A stretch of 61,355 nt of DNA, the filler included. It is 5 parts of 5 records of this genome, joined end to end, with 100 filler letters (N's around TTAATTAATTAA, not from the genome) between each part and the next. Parts side by side here need not be neighbours in the genome. Positions count along the whole stretch, not along the records: positions 1 to 17,891 come from SRR31156797_3346; 4 more parts are not named here. One strand, written 5' to 3'. The translations under genes were made by a program, and so were the position numbers. Numbering within the stretch: the stretch's first letter is position 1; each line of letters starts with the position of its first letter. The notes under the pieces were generated by a model that ran no database searches, was not told where the DNA came from, and saw only the letters and a program-made list of their open reading frames with translations. Positions 1 through 10,970 of the stretch are shown here, piece by piece.

Positions 1-1
1 G

Positions 2-283
2 TGGAATCTGCCGAAGAGTATAATAACAGTAATATCTTATCATCACACACCGGAAGTTACTTTTGACACAGAAGAGAGTATATTAACATGTATTGTAAGT
101 GTTGCTGATGCACTGGTTAGATTAAGAAAAATTGGTAATAGTGGAAACTTTGCAAAACCATCGTTAAGTAAAAAAGTATTAACAATGCTAAAACTTAAAA
201 AAGAGGATCTAACTATTGTAATTAGAAAGCTGGAAGAAGAACTTGAGAAAGCAGAATCATTCTTAGAATTAAATAAAGATTAG
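2..283 (+). CDS. HDOD/HD-domain signalling protein, C-terminal fragment (5' truncated)
   Basis: Manual translation of frame 2: WNLPKSIITVISYHHTPE...IVSVADAL...ELNKD*. W-x-LP...YHH-x-P and ADAL are typical of HDOD C-termini. Confidence 0.7.
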   Translation, partial: WNLPKSIITVISYHHTPEVTFDTEESILTCIVSVADALVRLRKIGNSGNFAKPSLSKKVLTMLKLKKEDLTIVIRKLEEELEKAESFLELNKD

Positions 284-293
284 GTGAATAATT

Positions 294-2045
294 ATGATAA
301 AAAATATTCTGATTTTTTTAATGTTATATAGCTCTATTTTTTCATATTCGTTTAAACAAATTGGAGAAGCTCATGGATTAAGGGTTGGAAATTTTGCAAA
401 ACCAACAGCGGTTTCTACTGATGATGAAGGGAATATATATATATTAGATTATTTATTAGAAAAACTTGTAGTTTTTGATAAAAATAAGCAATTAATAAAA
501 GAGTTTTCCGATTTAAAACAACCAAGTTATTTTAGTGTAATCGATGGAAGAATATATATAAGTGAAAGTATAGAAAATAGGATAGTTGTAATTAATAACT
601 ATTCAGGATCGAGAAAAATTCTAGGGAATCCCGGCATGAGAGAAGGAGAATTTTTTCATCCTGGAGAAATACTGGAAATTGATGAAGAAATTTATATTGC
701 AGATGAATATAATAACAGGATTCAAATTTTTCAAAACGACGGAGAGTATCTAACGCAGATATTATTACCTAAATTTAAATATGAGCATAAGCCTTACTAC
801 TCATTAAATTATTCAATGCAATATAAAGAGGGAAAACTTTATGTTTTGGATAATTTTAATAGAAAAGTATATGTTTATCAAAAAAATAAGTTATTTATGG
901 AATATGATGTTAAAAATGTTAAAAATCCAAATAAATTATATAAAATAAATGATAAAATTTATATTTATGACTCTGTTGATAATTTATTAGTTAATTTGTT
1001 TAATGATATAATTGAATTGGAATTATCTATCGATTATAATTTAGTCGGTTTAAATCATTTTCATGTAGATGATACTGATCTGTATATTTTGTCTGATAAA
1101 AAACTATATGTACATGATTTACTTACTAATACAAATGAATTAGAATTAGAATTGGAAAGTATATCTTCTCAAGAATATATTATGCCGGTTGATATAAAAA
1201 CAGATGATAATGGAAATATATATATATTAGATCAAGAACTTGAGAAGATAATTGTATATAATAAATATAATGAATATGTAGGCACTTTTGATGATTTAGG
1301 AGAGAAGCCCTTAAATATTCATGTAGATGCTAAATTTAATGTGTTAGTTGCTTTACCTTTTGAAAATTCAGTTAAAAAGTATAATAAAAGAAAAGAGTTA
1401 GTGCATGTTTATGGTGGGTATGATCTTTTACCGACAAATGAAGCTTATTATTTTGAAAAAGAATTAAAGCAAGCGGTTGAAGATGTAAATAAGCTTGATC
1501 ATAATGTTTATAATTTGGATGTAACAGTTGATGAAATTGGAAATTTTTATATTCTTGATGCAAAAAGTCTTAATATCAGGACATTATCACCTTTCTTTGA
1601 AGAAAAGGGCTTGTTAGGAAAAAAAGCCGGCATTTTTTCAATTGTAAAAGGTTCTAAACAGGAAAATGTTTTTGGCTGGAATGAACTGGATAAAAATACA
1701 TTAACCGATATATTTTATTTTGAAAATAAAATATATGTACTTGATAAATTTTATAATAGAATAAATATAATTGAAAATGGCGAGATTGTAAAGTATCACG
1801 AAGAAGAGTTCTCAAAAGATGGATTAAATTCAATTTATGTTGATAAAGATTATATATATGTTGTTGACTCATATAACTTTGCTATTCATAAATATGATCA
1901 CGAATTTAATAAAAAAGAAGAGATAAGCTTTTTAAGATATGGTTTGATTCCGCAAAAAATGTACAAAAATTATGTAATATTTAAAAAACATTTAAAGGAT
2001 TATGAAGCAATATATCTTATTCTTGATATACAAAATCTTTTATAA
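294..2045 (+). CDS. NHL-repeat beta-propeller protein, probably secreted
   Basis: Signal peptide. Repeated 'F..P..V..D..GNIYILD' and 'IYIADEYNNRIQIF' NHL motifs. Confidence 0.75.
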   Translation: MIKNILIFLMLYSSIFSYSFKQIGEAHGLRVGNFAKPTAVSTDDEGNIYILDYLLEKLVVFDKNKQLIKEFSDLKQPSYFSVIDGRIYISESIENRIVVINNYSGSRKILGNPGMREGEFFHPGEILEIDEEIYIADEYNNRIQIFQNDGEYLTQILLPKFKYEHKPYYSLNYSMQYKEGKLYVLDNFNRKVYVYQKNKLFMEYDVKNVKNPNKLYKINDKIYIYDSVDNLLVNLFNDIIELELSIDYNLVGLNHFHVDDTDLYILSDKKLYVHDLLTNTNELELELESISSQEYIMPVDIKTDDNGNIYILDQELEKIIVYNKYNEYVGTFDDLGEKPLNIHVDAKFNVLVALPFENSVKKYNKRKELVHVYGGYDLLPTNEAYYFEKELKQAVEDVNKLDHNVYNLDVTVDEIGNFYILDAKSLNIRTLSPFFEEKGLLGKKAGIFSIVKGSKQENVFGWNELDKNTLTDIFYFENKIYVLDKFYNRINIIENGEIVKYHEEEFSKDGLNSIYVDKDYIYVVDSYNFAIHKYDHEFNKKEEISFLRYGLIPQKMYKNYVIFKKHLKDYEAIYLILDIQNLL

Positions 2046-2075
2046 AGAGTTGTCAAATAATAGCTATATATTAAG

Positions 2076-5000
2076 GTGAGAAATTTGAGAGAACTTATTA
2101 AAAAATACAAGAAACTTTTTATAATGTTGAATATAGTTATTATTACCTTAGTGATTTATTTTTCTTTTAGTTTACTTAGAAATAACCTAAATAGAATCGT
2201 AAAATTATCACTTAAACAGGCACTTAACTATAATGTAGAATTTAGTGCAATAAAATTTAAAAATTTGAATACAATTGAAATTGAAGAGTTTCAATTGAAA
2301 AATACGGATAATAAGGAGATTGTTATTGAATCTCCTTATTTAACGATTAACTTAAATTTTAGAGAAATATTTAAAGGCTATATTATAGAAAGTATTGTTG
2401 TAAATGGAGGATATACGAATATTCGTGTTTACGATATAAATAAAGTTAATATAATAGATGCGACGGTTGGAGATAACCAGACTCTTCCTCCTGAGAGTGT
2501 TCAGGTAAAAGGTTTAAAGAAAATAATTGCCAAAGATGTTACTGTTAATTTCACTGATATATCTTATAAAAATCCAATTCAAAGAATTGTTAAAAATGTA
2601 AATGGTGAAGTTAATTATGTGGGGATGATGAATCTAAATTTTAGGGGTTATACAGGGGAGAATTTAGATGAATATATCTATTATGGATTTACACCTGCTA
2701 AAGGAGCACTTGAGACTACTCTTAAAATTCAAAACTTCACTGTTGACTCTACAATTAGCCAATATAGTGGTGTTGGTGATATATTTGAAGTAACAAGCGG
2801 TAAAGCTGATCTTGAGTTTGAATTTAATAAATATTTACAAATGTATGGTGGAGGAAAAATAACAGATTTTAGTGCTCGAGAGAAACAATATGGTTTTGAA
2901 GTCGAGAACGGAAATGCAGAGTTTCTTTTTCAAGATGAATATATCGAAATAAATGCTGTTGCTGATTTTGCAGATAATAAAATTGAAGCAAATATTAATA
3001 AAATTGGAAAAGATGTAAATACAAATATAAAAGGTAAAAATATTAATATTCAGGATATGGTAAAAGGTCTTCCTGCTAATAGTGTTCAACTTCCTGATTT
3101 GTTTGGGGTTATTTCATATTTTGATTTAACTTTTCAAGGGAAAGTAAATGATCCTAAATCAGTACAAGGGAAAGGTTATGTAAGAAGTAGGGAGCTGAAT
3201 ATAAATCAAATAAATTACGTTACTGATTTAAGGGGGGCGTTTTCTTTTACAAATGACCTTTTTGCAGTTGATGATTTGGAATTTAAAGCTGAAATAAATG
3301 AACTGGATGATTTTCCAATAGAAGCGAAATTTTTATTAAATGGTAAATATGAAGGAAATAATTCAACAGTAAATTATAATTTCGAGAATATTAATTCTTT
3401 TGCTGAATTCGATAGATTAGAGGGAAGTGTAGAATATAATTTCGATAGTGGGGAAATAAAGTTAAGTAATAAAACTGAAAAGTTAAGCGGAGAAGTTTTT
3501 TATTCAAATGATGGACAAATTAAATTAAAATTTGATTTTAATGAATATTCTTTAAAATATGATGATGAAGAAATATACAAATTTAACGGAAATATTCTTC
3601 TTGATTATAATTATAAAAATAGAAATTTAGCAGAAACAAAAATAGATTTTAAAATTAAAAATGGTTATTATTTTGATGATTTGATTTTGAATGCGAATAA
3701 TAACAATGGAGAGTTAAAAATTAATGAGTTTTTAGTAACATCTAATGAGAGTTATGCTAATTTTTCAGGAAATATTAATTTAAAAGATTTATCATATGAA
3801 GTGTTATTAAATGAATCTGCGCTAGATACTGAGAATTTATATTATTTAAAAGATATAGAAAATCTTGAGTTTAACGGAAACATAAAATCTCAAATTAATG
3901 GAGATCAAAATAATTTAACAGCAAAAGTTGAACTTTACAGTGAAAAAGGAGCTTATAACTTTCAATATGAAAAACTTAAAAGTAAAATTGAATTAAATTA
4001 CGATTTTAACAATGAAAAACCTTTAGAGTTTGAATCAAAGTCATCAGTTAGATTGTTTAAGTATGATGAAATTTATTTTAGAGATTTGGTATTTGATGTT
4101 GAGTATTTAGATGATACTTTAATAATAAATAAAGTCCTTAATAACCTTTTGACAATATCAGGGGAATATAATATAATGGACTCACTGTTTACAATAAATT
4201 ATAAACTTAATGACTATAACTTGAATAGAATTGATTCATTAAAAAATAACCAAGTCTCAGGGGAAATAGAAAAATTAGAGGGGCAATTAACAGGAAATGT
4301 AGATGATTTCAGAATCAATTTTGATTTGAATAACTCTTTTATTAAATATAATGATGGTCAAGCAACATCCCTTAGTGGAAGTGTAGAGTATTTTGCAAAT
4401 AATCTCAAATTAAAAGATGTTAGAATAAATAAAAATCTTTTAAATGGAAATATTGATATTAAAAATAAAGAATTAGATATAAATTTGAAGTTTTTTGAAG
4501 AAGAGTTATATAAATATTATAATTACCCTGATTTAAAATATAGAGTAATAGGAGAACTAAATACCTGGGGAGAATGGGAAAATCTAAAAGGTATAGCGAA
4601 AGTAAATTTAGATAAAATTTACTTTAGAGGAGAATCAATACCAGATTTGACATTTGAACTATCGTATAATTCGGGTGATGTAAATAATTTATTATCTAAA
4701 GGTTTGGTTAGTTTAAACAAATTAATTGTTCATAACAAAGATGGTAAAGAAATTAGCGGAATAAATGGTTATTTTAACTTTGAAACTCAGAAATTCAAAC
4801 TTTCATTAAGCAAAGATGATCTAGCTATAGAAGATCTTTCGTATATTATTACACCTGAAAATATAACAGGAATAGTTCGAATGAACTTAAATTTAGAAGG
4901 AAAATTAAATGAAATACTGGAGTATAGAGTTGAAATTGAAAGTGAAGGAATAGATTATCAAAATATCCACATAGATAATTTTAATTTTTTAGTTTTAGGA

Positions 5001-6497
5001 AACGATGAACGCATTGATCTAAAATATTTAAATTTTAAATATGGTGAAAACATGTTAAATGGATTTGGGCAGTTTAGCTTTGAAGATGAATCGTACCAAT
5101 TAAGGTTAAAAGGTGAGGATATTGATCTGGTTTTCTTAAATATCTTTCAGACAGATTTAATTAACGATGTAAAAGGGTTATTAACAATAGATTTAGATAT
5201 AAATGAAAAAGAAAATATTGGAGTTATTGAATTAAAGGATTTTTATGTTTCGGATAAAGAAGAAAGATTTAAACTTGAAGCTTTTTCTGGAGAAATAAAC
5301 TTTAAGAATGATGTGTTTAGAATAGGTGATCTTTCAGGAAAAGTTAATAAAGGTGATGTATTCTTAAATGGGTATTGGAAAATTCCTAAGTTGTCATTAG
5401 ATTTATTTAGAACACCAAATCTCTTATTTGAAGATTATGAATTAAAGCTTTATGCAGATGGGTTAAATTATTTTGATGAATATATGAACCTAACAATAGA
5501 TACTGAACTGGATTTATCAACTACAGAGATAAAGGGTGACCTTGTTATTCAATCAGGAGAAATATATAAACTACCATCGATTGATGATACCAGTACAGAG
5601 TTTGGCGCAAGAAGAGATTTGTTTTTAGATAAAATAAATATAGATATTGATGTGACTGTTTCTGATCAAGTTGTTGTGAGAATTGAAGAATTATCTGATG
5701 AATTTGCATTTGTCAGAGATTTGGAACTAGGAGTTGAAGGTAGCGGAACAGTAACGGTTGAAGAGGGGAAAATAAATTTTGTAGGAAGTTTTGATAGTAG
5801 TAATGGGGCTTTGACATTTAATAATACAATATTAAAAATTGATAGTGCTTCATTAGTTTTTGAAAATAAAAATGAGTATTTCCCAGACGTAAATCCCTAT
5901 ATAGCAATAAACTCAGAAACGGAAGTTTCCGGTGAAGAGATCTATGTAGCAATAAACGGATATTATAAAACAATGCAGTTAAGACTTAGTTCCGAATCAG
6001 GGCTAAGTGAGCAAGATATTTCATCATTATTGTTATTCCAAAAAACATTTGATGATACAGAGACAAGTGAGGTAGTTAGAGAAATATTAGATACACAGCT
6101 AAGTGCAACAATTTTCAGTCCATTATCAAGTGAAATGGAAAGAATTTTTGATATTTCTAATGTAAGTATAACTTCAAAGTTATTAACAGAAGGGGAAGGA
6201 GATACTTATAGAGTAACAGAGGATTTAATACTTGGAGCGGTATTAGAGTTAAGCGATCCTATCTATAAAGATAAAGTGTTTTGGAATATCAAAAGTGAAT
6301 TCTCTGAAACGGAAAGTGGTAAAGTTGATAATTATGACCTATGGATAAGTTATAAAATCAACAATAATACATCATGGAAAACAGGATTGAAGAAAGATAC
6401 TGAATTGGAAACAGATCGTTTAGATTTTCATATTGATCTTGATTTCAAGTATAAAGTTGATTCATTTTTCAGCATTTTAGAATTCATAACGAAATAG
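2076..6497 (+). CDS. tamB: TamB/AsmA-like translocation and assembly module protein
   Basis: 1473 aa, N-terminal TM anchor, beta-rich body, DUF490-like C-terminus (NPYIAI..., LSSESGLSEQDISSLLLF). Directly upstream of bamA. Confidence 0.75.
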   Translation: MRNLRELIKKYKKLFIMLNIVIITLVIYFSFSLLRNNLNRIVKLSLKQALNYNVEFSAIKFKNLNTIEIEEFQLKNTDNKEIVIESPYLTINLNFREIFKGYIIESIVVNGGYTNIRVYDINKVNIIDATVGDNQTLPPESVQVKGLKKIIAKDVTVNFTDISYKNPIQRIVKNVNGEVNYVGMMNLNFRGYTGENLDEYIYYGFTPAKGALETTLKIQNFTVDSTISQYSGVGDIFEVTSGKADLEFEFNKYLQMYGGGKITDFSAREKQYGFEVENGNAEFLFQDEYIEINAVADFADNKIEANINKIGKDVNTNIKGKNINIQDMVKGLPANSVQLPDLFGVISYFDLTFQGKVNDPKSVQGKGYVRSRELNINQINYVTDLRGAFSFTNDLFAVDDLEFKAEINELDDFPIEAKFLLNGKYEGNNSTVNYNFENINSFAEFDRLEGSVEYNFDSGEIKLSNKTEKLSGEVFYSNDGQIKLKFDFNEYSLKYDDEEIYKFNGNILLDYNYKNRNLAETKIDFKIKNGYYFDDLILNANNNNGELKINEFLVTSNESYANFSGNINLKDLSYEVLLNESALDTENLYYLKDIENLEFNGNIKSQINGDQNNLTAKVELYSEKGAYNFQYEKLKSKIELNYDFNNEKPLEFESKSSVRLFKYDEIYFRDLVFDVEYLDDTLIINKVLNNLLTISGEYNIMDSLFTINYKLNDYNLNRIDSLKNNQVSGEIEKLEGQLTGNVDDFRINFDLNNSFIKYNDGQATSLSGSVEYFANNLKLKDVRINKNLLNGNIDIKNKELDINLKFFEEELYKYYNYPDLKYRVIGELNTWGEWENLKGIAKVNLDKIYFRGESIPDLTFELSYNSGDVNNLLSKGLVSLNKLIVHNKDGKEISGINGYFNFETQKFKLSLSKDDLAIEDLSYIITPENITGIVRMNLNLEGKLNEILEYRVEIESEGIDYQNIHIDNFNFLVLGNDERIDLKYLNFKYGENMLNGFGQFSFEDESYQLRLKGEDIDLVFLNIFQTDLINDVKGLLTIDLDINEKENIGVIELKDFYVSDKEERFKLEAFSGEINFKNDVFRIGDLSGKVNKGDVFLNGYWKIPKLSLDLFRTPNLLFEDYELKLYADGLNYFDEYMNLTIDTELDLSTTEIKGDLVIQSGEIYKLPSIDDTSTEFGARRDLFLDKINIDIDVTVSDQVVVRIEELSDEFAFVRDLELGVEGSGTVTVEEGKINFVGSFDSSNGALTFNNTILKIDSASLVFENKNEYFPDVNPYIAINSETEVSGEEIYVAINGYYKTMQLRLSSESGLSEQDISSLLLFQKTFDDTETSEVVREILDTQLSATIFSPLSSEMERIFDISNVSITSKLLTEGEGDTYRVTEDLILGAVLELSDPIYKDKVFWNIKSEFSETESGKVDNYDLWISYKINNNTSWKTGLKKDTELETDRLDFHIDLDFKYKVDSFFSILEFITK

Positions 6498-6518
6498 AAA
6501 CAGATGGAGGAGTAAAGA

Positions 6519-8561
6519 GTGAGAAAATTTACTTATTTAGTAATACTTGTAATTTTATTTAACGCAACTTTTGCAACAGATTTCTTGATTAATGAAGTAT
6601 TAATTAAGAATAATAAAGAAGTGCCTGTTGAAGTAATTACCAGTAAATTGAGTTTAAAAAAAGGTGAGAATTTTTCTACAGATCAAATGGTAGAAGATTA
6701 TATAAGGTTAAAAAATGAAACTTATATTGAAGAAGTTAAAATGTTCCCAGAGATTATGTCTGGTGGAATTAATCTGGTAATTGATTTAACAGAGGCAGAA
6801 AATTCAAAAGAATTATTAAAAGCTGAAGGGATAGTTCCACTATCTGAGGCTGAAAAAATTGATAAATCGCTGATAGTGAAAACTATAGAAGTTTATGGTA
6901 ATAATAATATATCGACACCTGAGATTCTAGAAAATGTTCCGATCAAAGTTGGGAGTTTCTTCTCGAAAACTAAAATCTTAGACGGGAAATCTAAAATCCT
7001 CGAAATGGGATACTTTAGAGAAGTTAATGCAGAGGTATTTAAATATAATGATGGAATCTTTATTAAATATACTGTTTTAGAAAATCCAATAATCACGGGA
7101 ATTGAAATAAGTGGAAATTCGATCTTTACTCAGGAAGAATTAACTGAAGGATTCAGTACTACTCCTGGAAAAGTTTATAATATAAACGAGTTAAGAGAAG
7201 ATAAGGATAAATTACTTAAAAAATATTTTGACAGAGGTTATTCACTTGCAAGTGTGGATGATATAAGATTATCTGATGACTTTAAATTATTAATGTCAGT
7301 TTCAGAAGGAATAGTCAAAAAAATTGAGTTTAGAAAACTTGCTAAAAAACAAGATGGTCAAAGAAGAAATCCAGATGATACAAAATTAAAAACACGAAAA
7401 TTTGTTTTAGAAAGAGAAGTTGAGTTAGAATTAGATAAACCATTTGAAAAAAGCAAATTCGATCAGTCGGCAAGGAATATTTTCAGATTGGGTTACTTTA
7501 AGAATATTTCTCAGGAGTTTAAAGATATAGAAGGAGATCCTGACGGAGGAAAAACTCTGGTATTTTTACTTGATGAGAGTAAAAGTGCATCTTACACAGG
7601 TTCTATTTCATACGGATCAGCTGTTGGAGTAGTAGGGAGTATGTCAGTTGAAGACAGAAACTTTAAAGGGAACAGTCAAACCTTAGGAGTTTCATATGAG
7701 TTTGGTAATAACAGCCAAGAGTATAAGTTAAGCTTCTATGACCCGTGGGTAAAAGGAACTCAAAGGTTATCTACAAGCTGGAGTATTTATAAGAGTGATT
7801 ATACAGATTCATCAAGTGATGATGCGTATTATGTAACTAAAACAGGTGCAACATTTGGTATTGGTAAATGGCTAAATAGAAGAGTAAAAGTTGCATCAAA
7901 CTTTAAATACGAAAATATTATTGAGCAAAATAGTGATAAAGAGGAAACTGATAACTATTATGTTGGAGAGATTACTCCAAATATAACATATGATACAAGA
8001 AATAACATTTATGATGCTACCAGAGGAGAATATGCAAAATATTCTGTAACTCTTGGACAGGTAATTGGCGGAGATCAATATCTTAAAAATCAACTTGAAT
8101 TAAGAAAGTTCCAACAAGGTTTATTTGATAAAAATACAATGGCTTATAGACTTGTACTTGGTGCTGGAACTGAATCACTAAAAGATGCACAAAAATTCAG
8201 AGTTGGAGGATCGAGTAGCTTAAGAGGATATAGCTATAGTAGTTACAAAGGTATTTATTCAATTTATGGTAATATAGAAAATAGATTAGTTCTTGATGAC
8301 AACTTCCAATTTGTATTATTTTATGACTTTGGAAGAGCATGGGAGAATAGAACAACTTATGATAAAGCAATTGAGGAGGGAGACTACACTGAGTCAAGTT
8401 ATCCTTACGCAGACTTGCTTACAGATATAAAACATTCATACGGTATCGGCTTAAGAGTAGATACACCATTAGGACCACTTAGATTTGATTATGGATGGCC
8501 AATAGGCGATTCAGATGTAACAGGTGGACAGTTTTACTTTAGTATAGGACAAATGTTCTAA
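6519..8561 (+). CDS. bamA: Outer-membrane protein assembly factor BamA (Omp85 family)
   Basis: POTRA repeats, LRGY motif, 'GIGLRVDTPLGPLRFDYGWP' and C-terminal FYFSIGQMF. Confidence 0.92.
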   Translation: MRKFTYLVILVILFNATFATDFLINEVLIKNNKEVPVEVITSKLSLKKGENFSTDQMVEDYIRLKNETYIEEVKMFPEIMSGGINLVIDLTEAENSKELLKAEGIVPLSEAEKIDKSLIVKTIEVYGNNNISTPEILENVPIKVGSFFSKTKILDGKSKILEMGYFREVNAEVFKYNDGIFIKYTVLENPIITGIEISGNSIFTQEELTEGFSTTPGKVYNINELREDKDKLLKKYFDRGYSLASVDDIRLSDDFKLLMSVSEGIVKKIEFRKLAKKQDGQRRNPDDTKLKTRKFVLEREVELELDKPFEKSKFDQSARNIFRLGYFKNISQEFKDIEGDPDGGKTLVFLLDESKSASYTGSISYGSAVGVVGSMSVEDRNFKGNSQTLGVSYEFGNNSQEYKLSFYDPWVKGTQRLSTSWSIYKSDYTDSSSDDAYYVTKTGATFGIGKWLNRRVKVASNFKYENIIEQNSDKEETDNYYVGEITPNITYDTRNNIYDATRGEYAKYSVTLGQVIGGDQYLKNQLELRKFQQGLFDKNTMAYRLVLGAGTESLKDAQKFRVGGSSSLRGYSYSSYKGIYSIYGNIENRLVLDDNFQFVLFYDFGRAWENRTTYDKAIEEGDYTESSYPYADLLTDIKHSYGIGLRVDTPLGPLRFDYGWPIGDSDVTGGQFYFSIGQMF

Positions 8562-8583
8562 TAAATTTTTAGGAGGAAATTTT

Positions 8584-9117
8584 ATGAAAAAGCTACTAGT
8601 TTTAATTTCGGTTTTACTAATATCATTTACATCATTTGCGGCAATTGGAACGGTGGATTCACAAAGAGTTGCACAAGGTTACACAGCTTATAAAGATGCT
8701 ATGGAGTTTTTACAAAAAGAGAGTAGAAGATTACAAGTTGATTTAGATGCAAGAAAACAGGAATATGATACAGAGATTCAAAAATATATTGAACAATATG
8801 ATATTCAAACAACTGCAGGAGATAAGAATCTTCAAGCTAAATTAGATGCTAAATTAACTGAAAAAGAAAAAGAGGAACTAACAAGATCGAAGAATGCATT
8901 AGAAACATATTTTAGAATGATTCAAAGTTCATTATCACAGCAGGAAGCTGATCAAATGAATAAAATTAGAACAGATATTCAGATTGCTATAAAAGAAATT
9001 GCTTCTCAAGAGGGTCTTGAGGTAATATTAGAGAAGCAAACTGTAGTTTACGGAGGAGTAGATGTTACTGAAAAAGTAATTGAATTTCTTCAAGGTGCAG
9101 AAAAAATAGAATTATAG
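8584..9117 (+). CDS. skp: OmpH/Skp periplasmic chaperone
   Basis: Signal peptide, IGTVD, coiled coil, 'VVYGGVDVTEKVI'. Lies between bamA and lpxD. Confidence 0.88.
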   Translation: MKKLLVLISVLLISFTSFAAIGTVDSQRVAQGYTAYKDAMEFLQKESRRLQVDLDARKQEYDTEIQKYIEQYDIQTTAGDKNLQAKLDAKLTEKEKEELTRSKNALETYFRMIQSSLSQQEADQMNKIRTDIQIAIKEIASQEGLEVILEKQTVVYGGVDVTEKVIEFLQGAEKIEL

Positions 9118-9130
9118 TGGGAGGAAATAT

Positions 9131-10144
9131 ATGTATTCAATAAAAGAATTAGCTGACTTAATCGGAGGACAAATTTCAGGAGATGAATCACTTAATGTAA
9201 AAGGACTTGCACCTTTTGATGTTGCAGAAAGTGATGAATTAACTTTTGCTGCTGATGAAAAATACTTTAAAAAATTACATGAAACAGATGCAGCAGTTGT
9301 AATTATTCCGCCTCTTGTAAATGTTCCTGAGGATAAAACATATATAAGAGTTTATAAAAGTCCCAGGGAATTAATGCCGATAATTCTTAAATTCTTTGAG
9401 AAGGAAACAAGACCAGTTGAAAAACCTATAGAGGACTCTGCTAAGGTACACGAGACAGTTAAATTGGCTCCACATGTTTATATAGGGCATGATGTAGTAA
9501 TTGAAGAAGGAACAGTACTTTACCCGAATGTAACAATTCTTGAAGGTGTTAAGATAGGTAAGAACTGTATCATTCAACCTGGAGTTGTTATTAGAGAGTT
9601 TTGTGAAATAGGTAATAACGTGATTATTCAACCAGGTGCTGTTATTGGATCAGATGGATTTGGATATGTTAAAATAGAAGGCGAAAATGTTAAAATAGAC
9701 CAGATTGGAACAGTTGTTGTAGAAGACAACGTTGAAATAGGTGGAAATTGTTCAATAGATAGAGGAACGATTGGAAAAACAATTATTAAAAAAGGAACAA
9801 AATTAGATAATCTAGTTCATATAGCTCATAATGTAGTTATTGGTGAACAAGGGTTAATTACTGCACAAGCCGGAATAGCCGGAAGTGCAATAATAGGTAA
9901 AAATATTATGACTGGTGGTCAAGTGGGAATAGCTGGTCACATAACAATAGGTGATAATGTTATTTTAGCTGGTAAGGCCGGAGTAACAAGTAATACAAAA
10001 GGTGATCAGAAATTATCAGGATATCCTGCTATTAATTATAATGATGACCTAAAAGCCAAAATTGCATTTAAAAAGTTACCTAGTTTAATTAAGAGAGTAG
10101 CAAAATTAGAAAAACTCTTAAAAAGCAGAGGTGAAGAGAAGTAA
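9131..10144 (+). CDS. lpxD: UDP-3-O-(3-hydroxyacyl)glucosamine N-acyltransferase
   Basis: Hexapeptide repeats, 'IGSDGFGY', 'IDRG', 'KLDNLVHIAHNV'. Confidence 0.95.
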   Translation: MYSIKELADLIGGQISGDESLNVKGLAPFDVAESDELTFAADEKYFKKLHETDAAVVIIPPLVNVPEDKTYIRVYKSPRELMPIILKFFEKETRPVEKPIEDSAKVHETVKLAPHVYIGHDVVIEEGTVLYPNVTILEGVKIGKNCIIQPGVVIREFCEIGNNVIIQPGAVIGSDGFGYVKIEGENVKIDQIGTVVVEDNVEIGGNCSIDRGTIGKTIIKKGTKLDNLVHIAHNVVIGEQGLITAQAGIAGSAIIGKNIMTGGQVGIAGHITIGDNVILAGKAGVTSNTKGDQKLSGYPAINYNDDLKAKIAFKKLPSLIKRVAKLEKLLKSRGEEK

Positions 10145-10873
10145 ATGAAAAGAATAATTACATTAGTGTTTTTAATAACTTGCATTTGCTCATATGCTGT
10201 TCCAACATCTTCCGGAGTAACTGGAACAATTGATTTTCCAAGTGCATATTTACTAAGAGTGAGAAATTATACTTTTACCGGAAATATTGAAAATAATAGC
10301 TCAAAAGAAGAGGATTCATTATCAGCAGATTTTATATTTGAAACAGGTTTTATTCCTCAAGTGGAAGCTGGATTTAATATATCTACTAAAAATGAAGAAT
10401 TGAATCAAAGTTTTGTACAAGCAAATTTAAAATATCAAATTGTAAAAGAGGAAAAAAATCCCGCTATTGCAATAGGTTATATTGAGTTTGATGAATATCA
10501 AGTTATGGCTGATCATGAGAATGAAACGATAGATGCAGCATCTAATGCTTATGTTTATTTAGTTCTTTCAAAGAGGTTAGAAATCGATACTTTGAAACTT
10601 GATAGTTCTTTAGGAATGAAGTATAGTAAATCAAATGACGGAGAAAATGTAGTAGACTTTTTCTCAGGTGTAGAGATGCCTTTATATAGTCAAATAAGAC
10701 TTCTTGGTGAGATTTACAGCTATAGAAGAAATGATGCAGATAGTAAAAGAGTTAGTATGAATTTAGGAGCTGAATTTTTAACACGAGAAAATATTAGAAC
10801 TAAAATATTTTGGAGAGAGAGAAATAGCAGCTTTGGATTTGGTATAACATATATTGGAATTTTGGATAAATAA
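10145..10873 (+). CDS. Probable outer-membrane beta-barrel protein, YjbH-like
   Basis: Signal peptide, 'SGVTGTIDFPSAY' N-terminal motif, alternating beta strands ending FGFGITY. Confidence 0.55.
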   Translation: MKRIITLVFLITCICSYAVPTSSGVTGTIDFPSAYLLRVRNYTFTGNIENNSSKEEDSLSADFIFETGFIPQVEAGFNISTKNEELNQSFVQANLKYQIVKEEKNPAIAIGYIEFDEYQVMADHENETIDAASNAYVYLVLSKRLEIDTLKLDSSLGMKYSKSNDGENVVDFFSGVEMPLYSQIRLLGEIYSYRRNDADSKRVSMNLGAEFLTRENIRTKIFWRERNSSFGFGITYIGILDK

Positions 10874-10893
10874 AAAAGCTGAATAAATTACTT

Positions 10894-10923
10894 TCAAAGG
10901 GTTAGAATTCTCTAACCCTTTGA
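10894..10923 (+). terminator. 13-bp perfect inverted repeat, probable terminator of the bamA-lpxD operon
   Basis: TCAAAGGGTTAGA-attc-TCTAACCCTTTGA. Confidence 0.7.
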
Positions 10924-10970
10924 CTATGTTTTTTGATATGTTTATTTTTAAATTAATAAGGGAGAGAAAA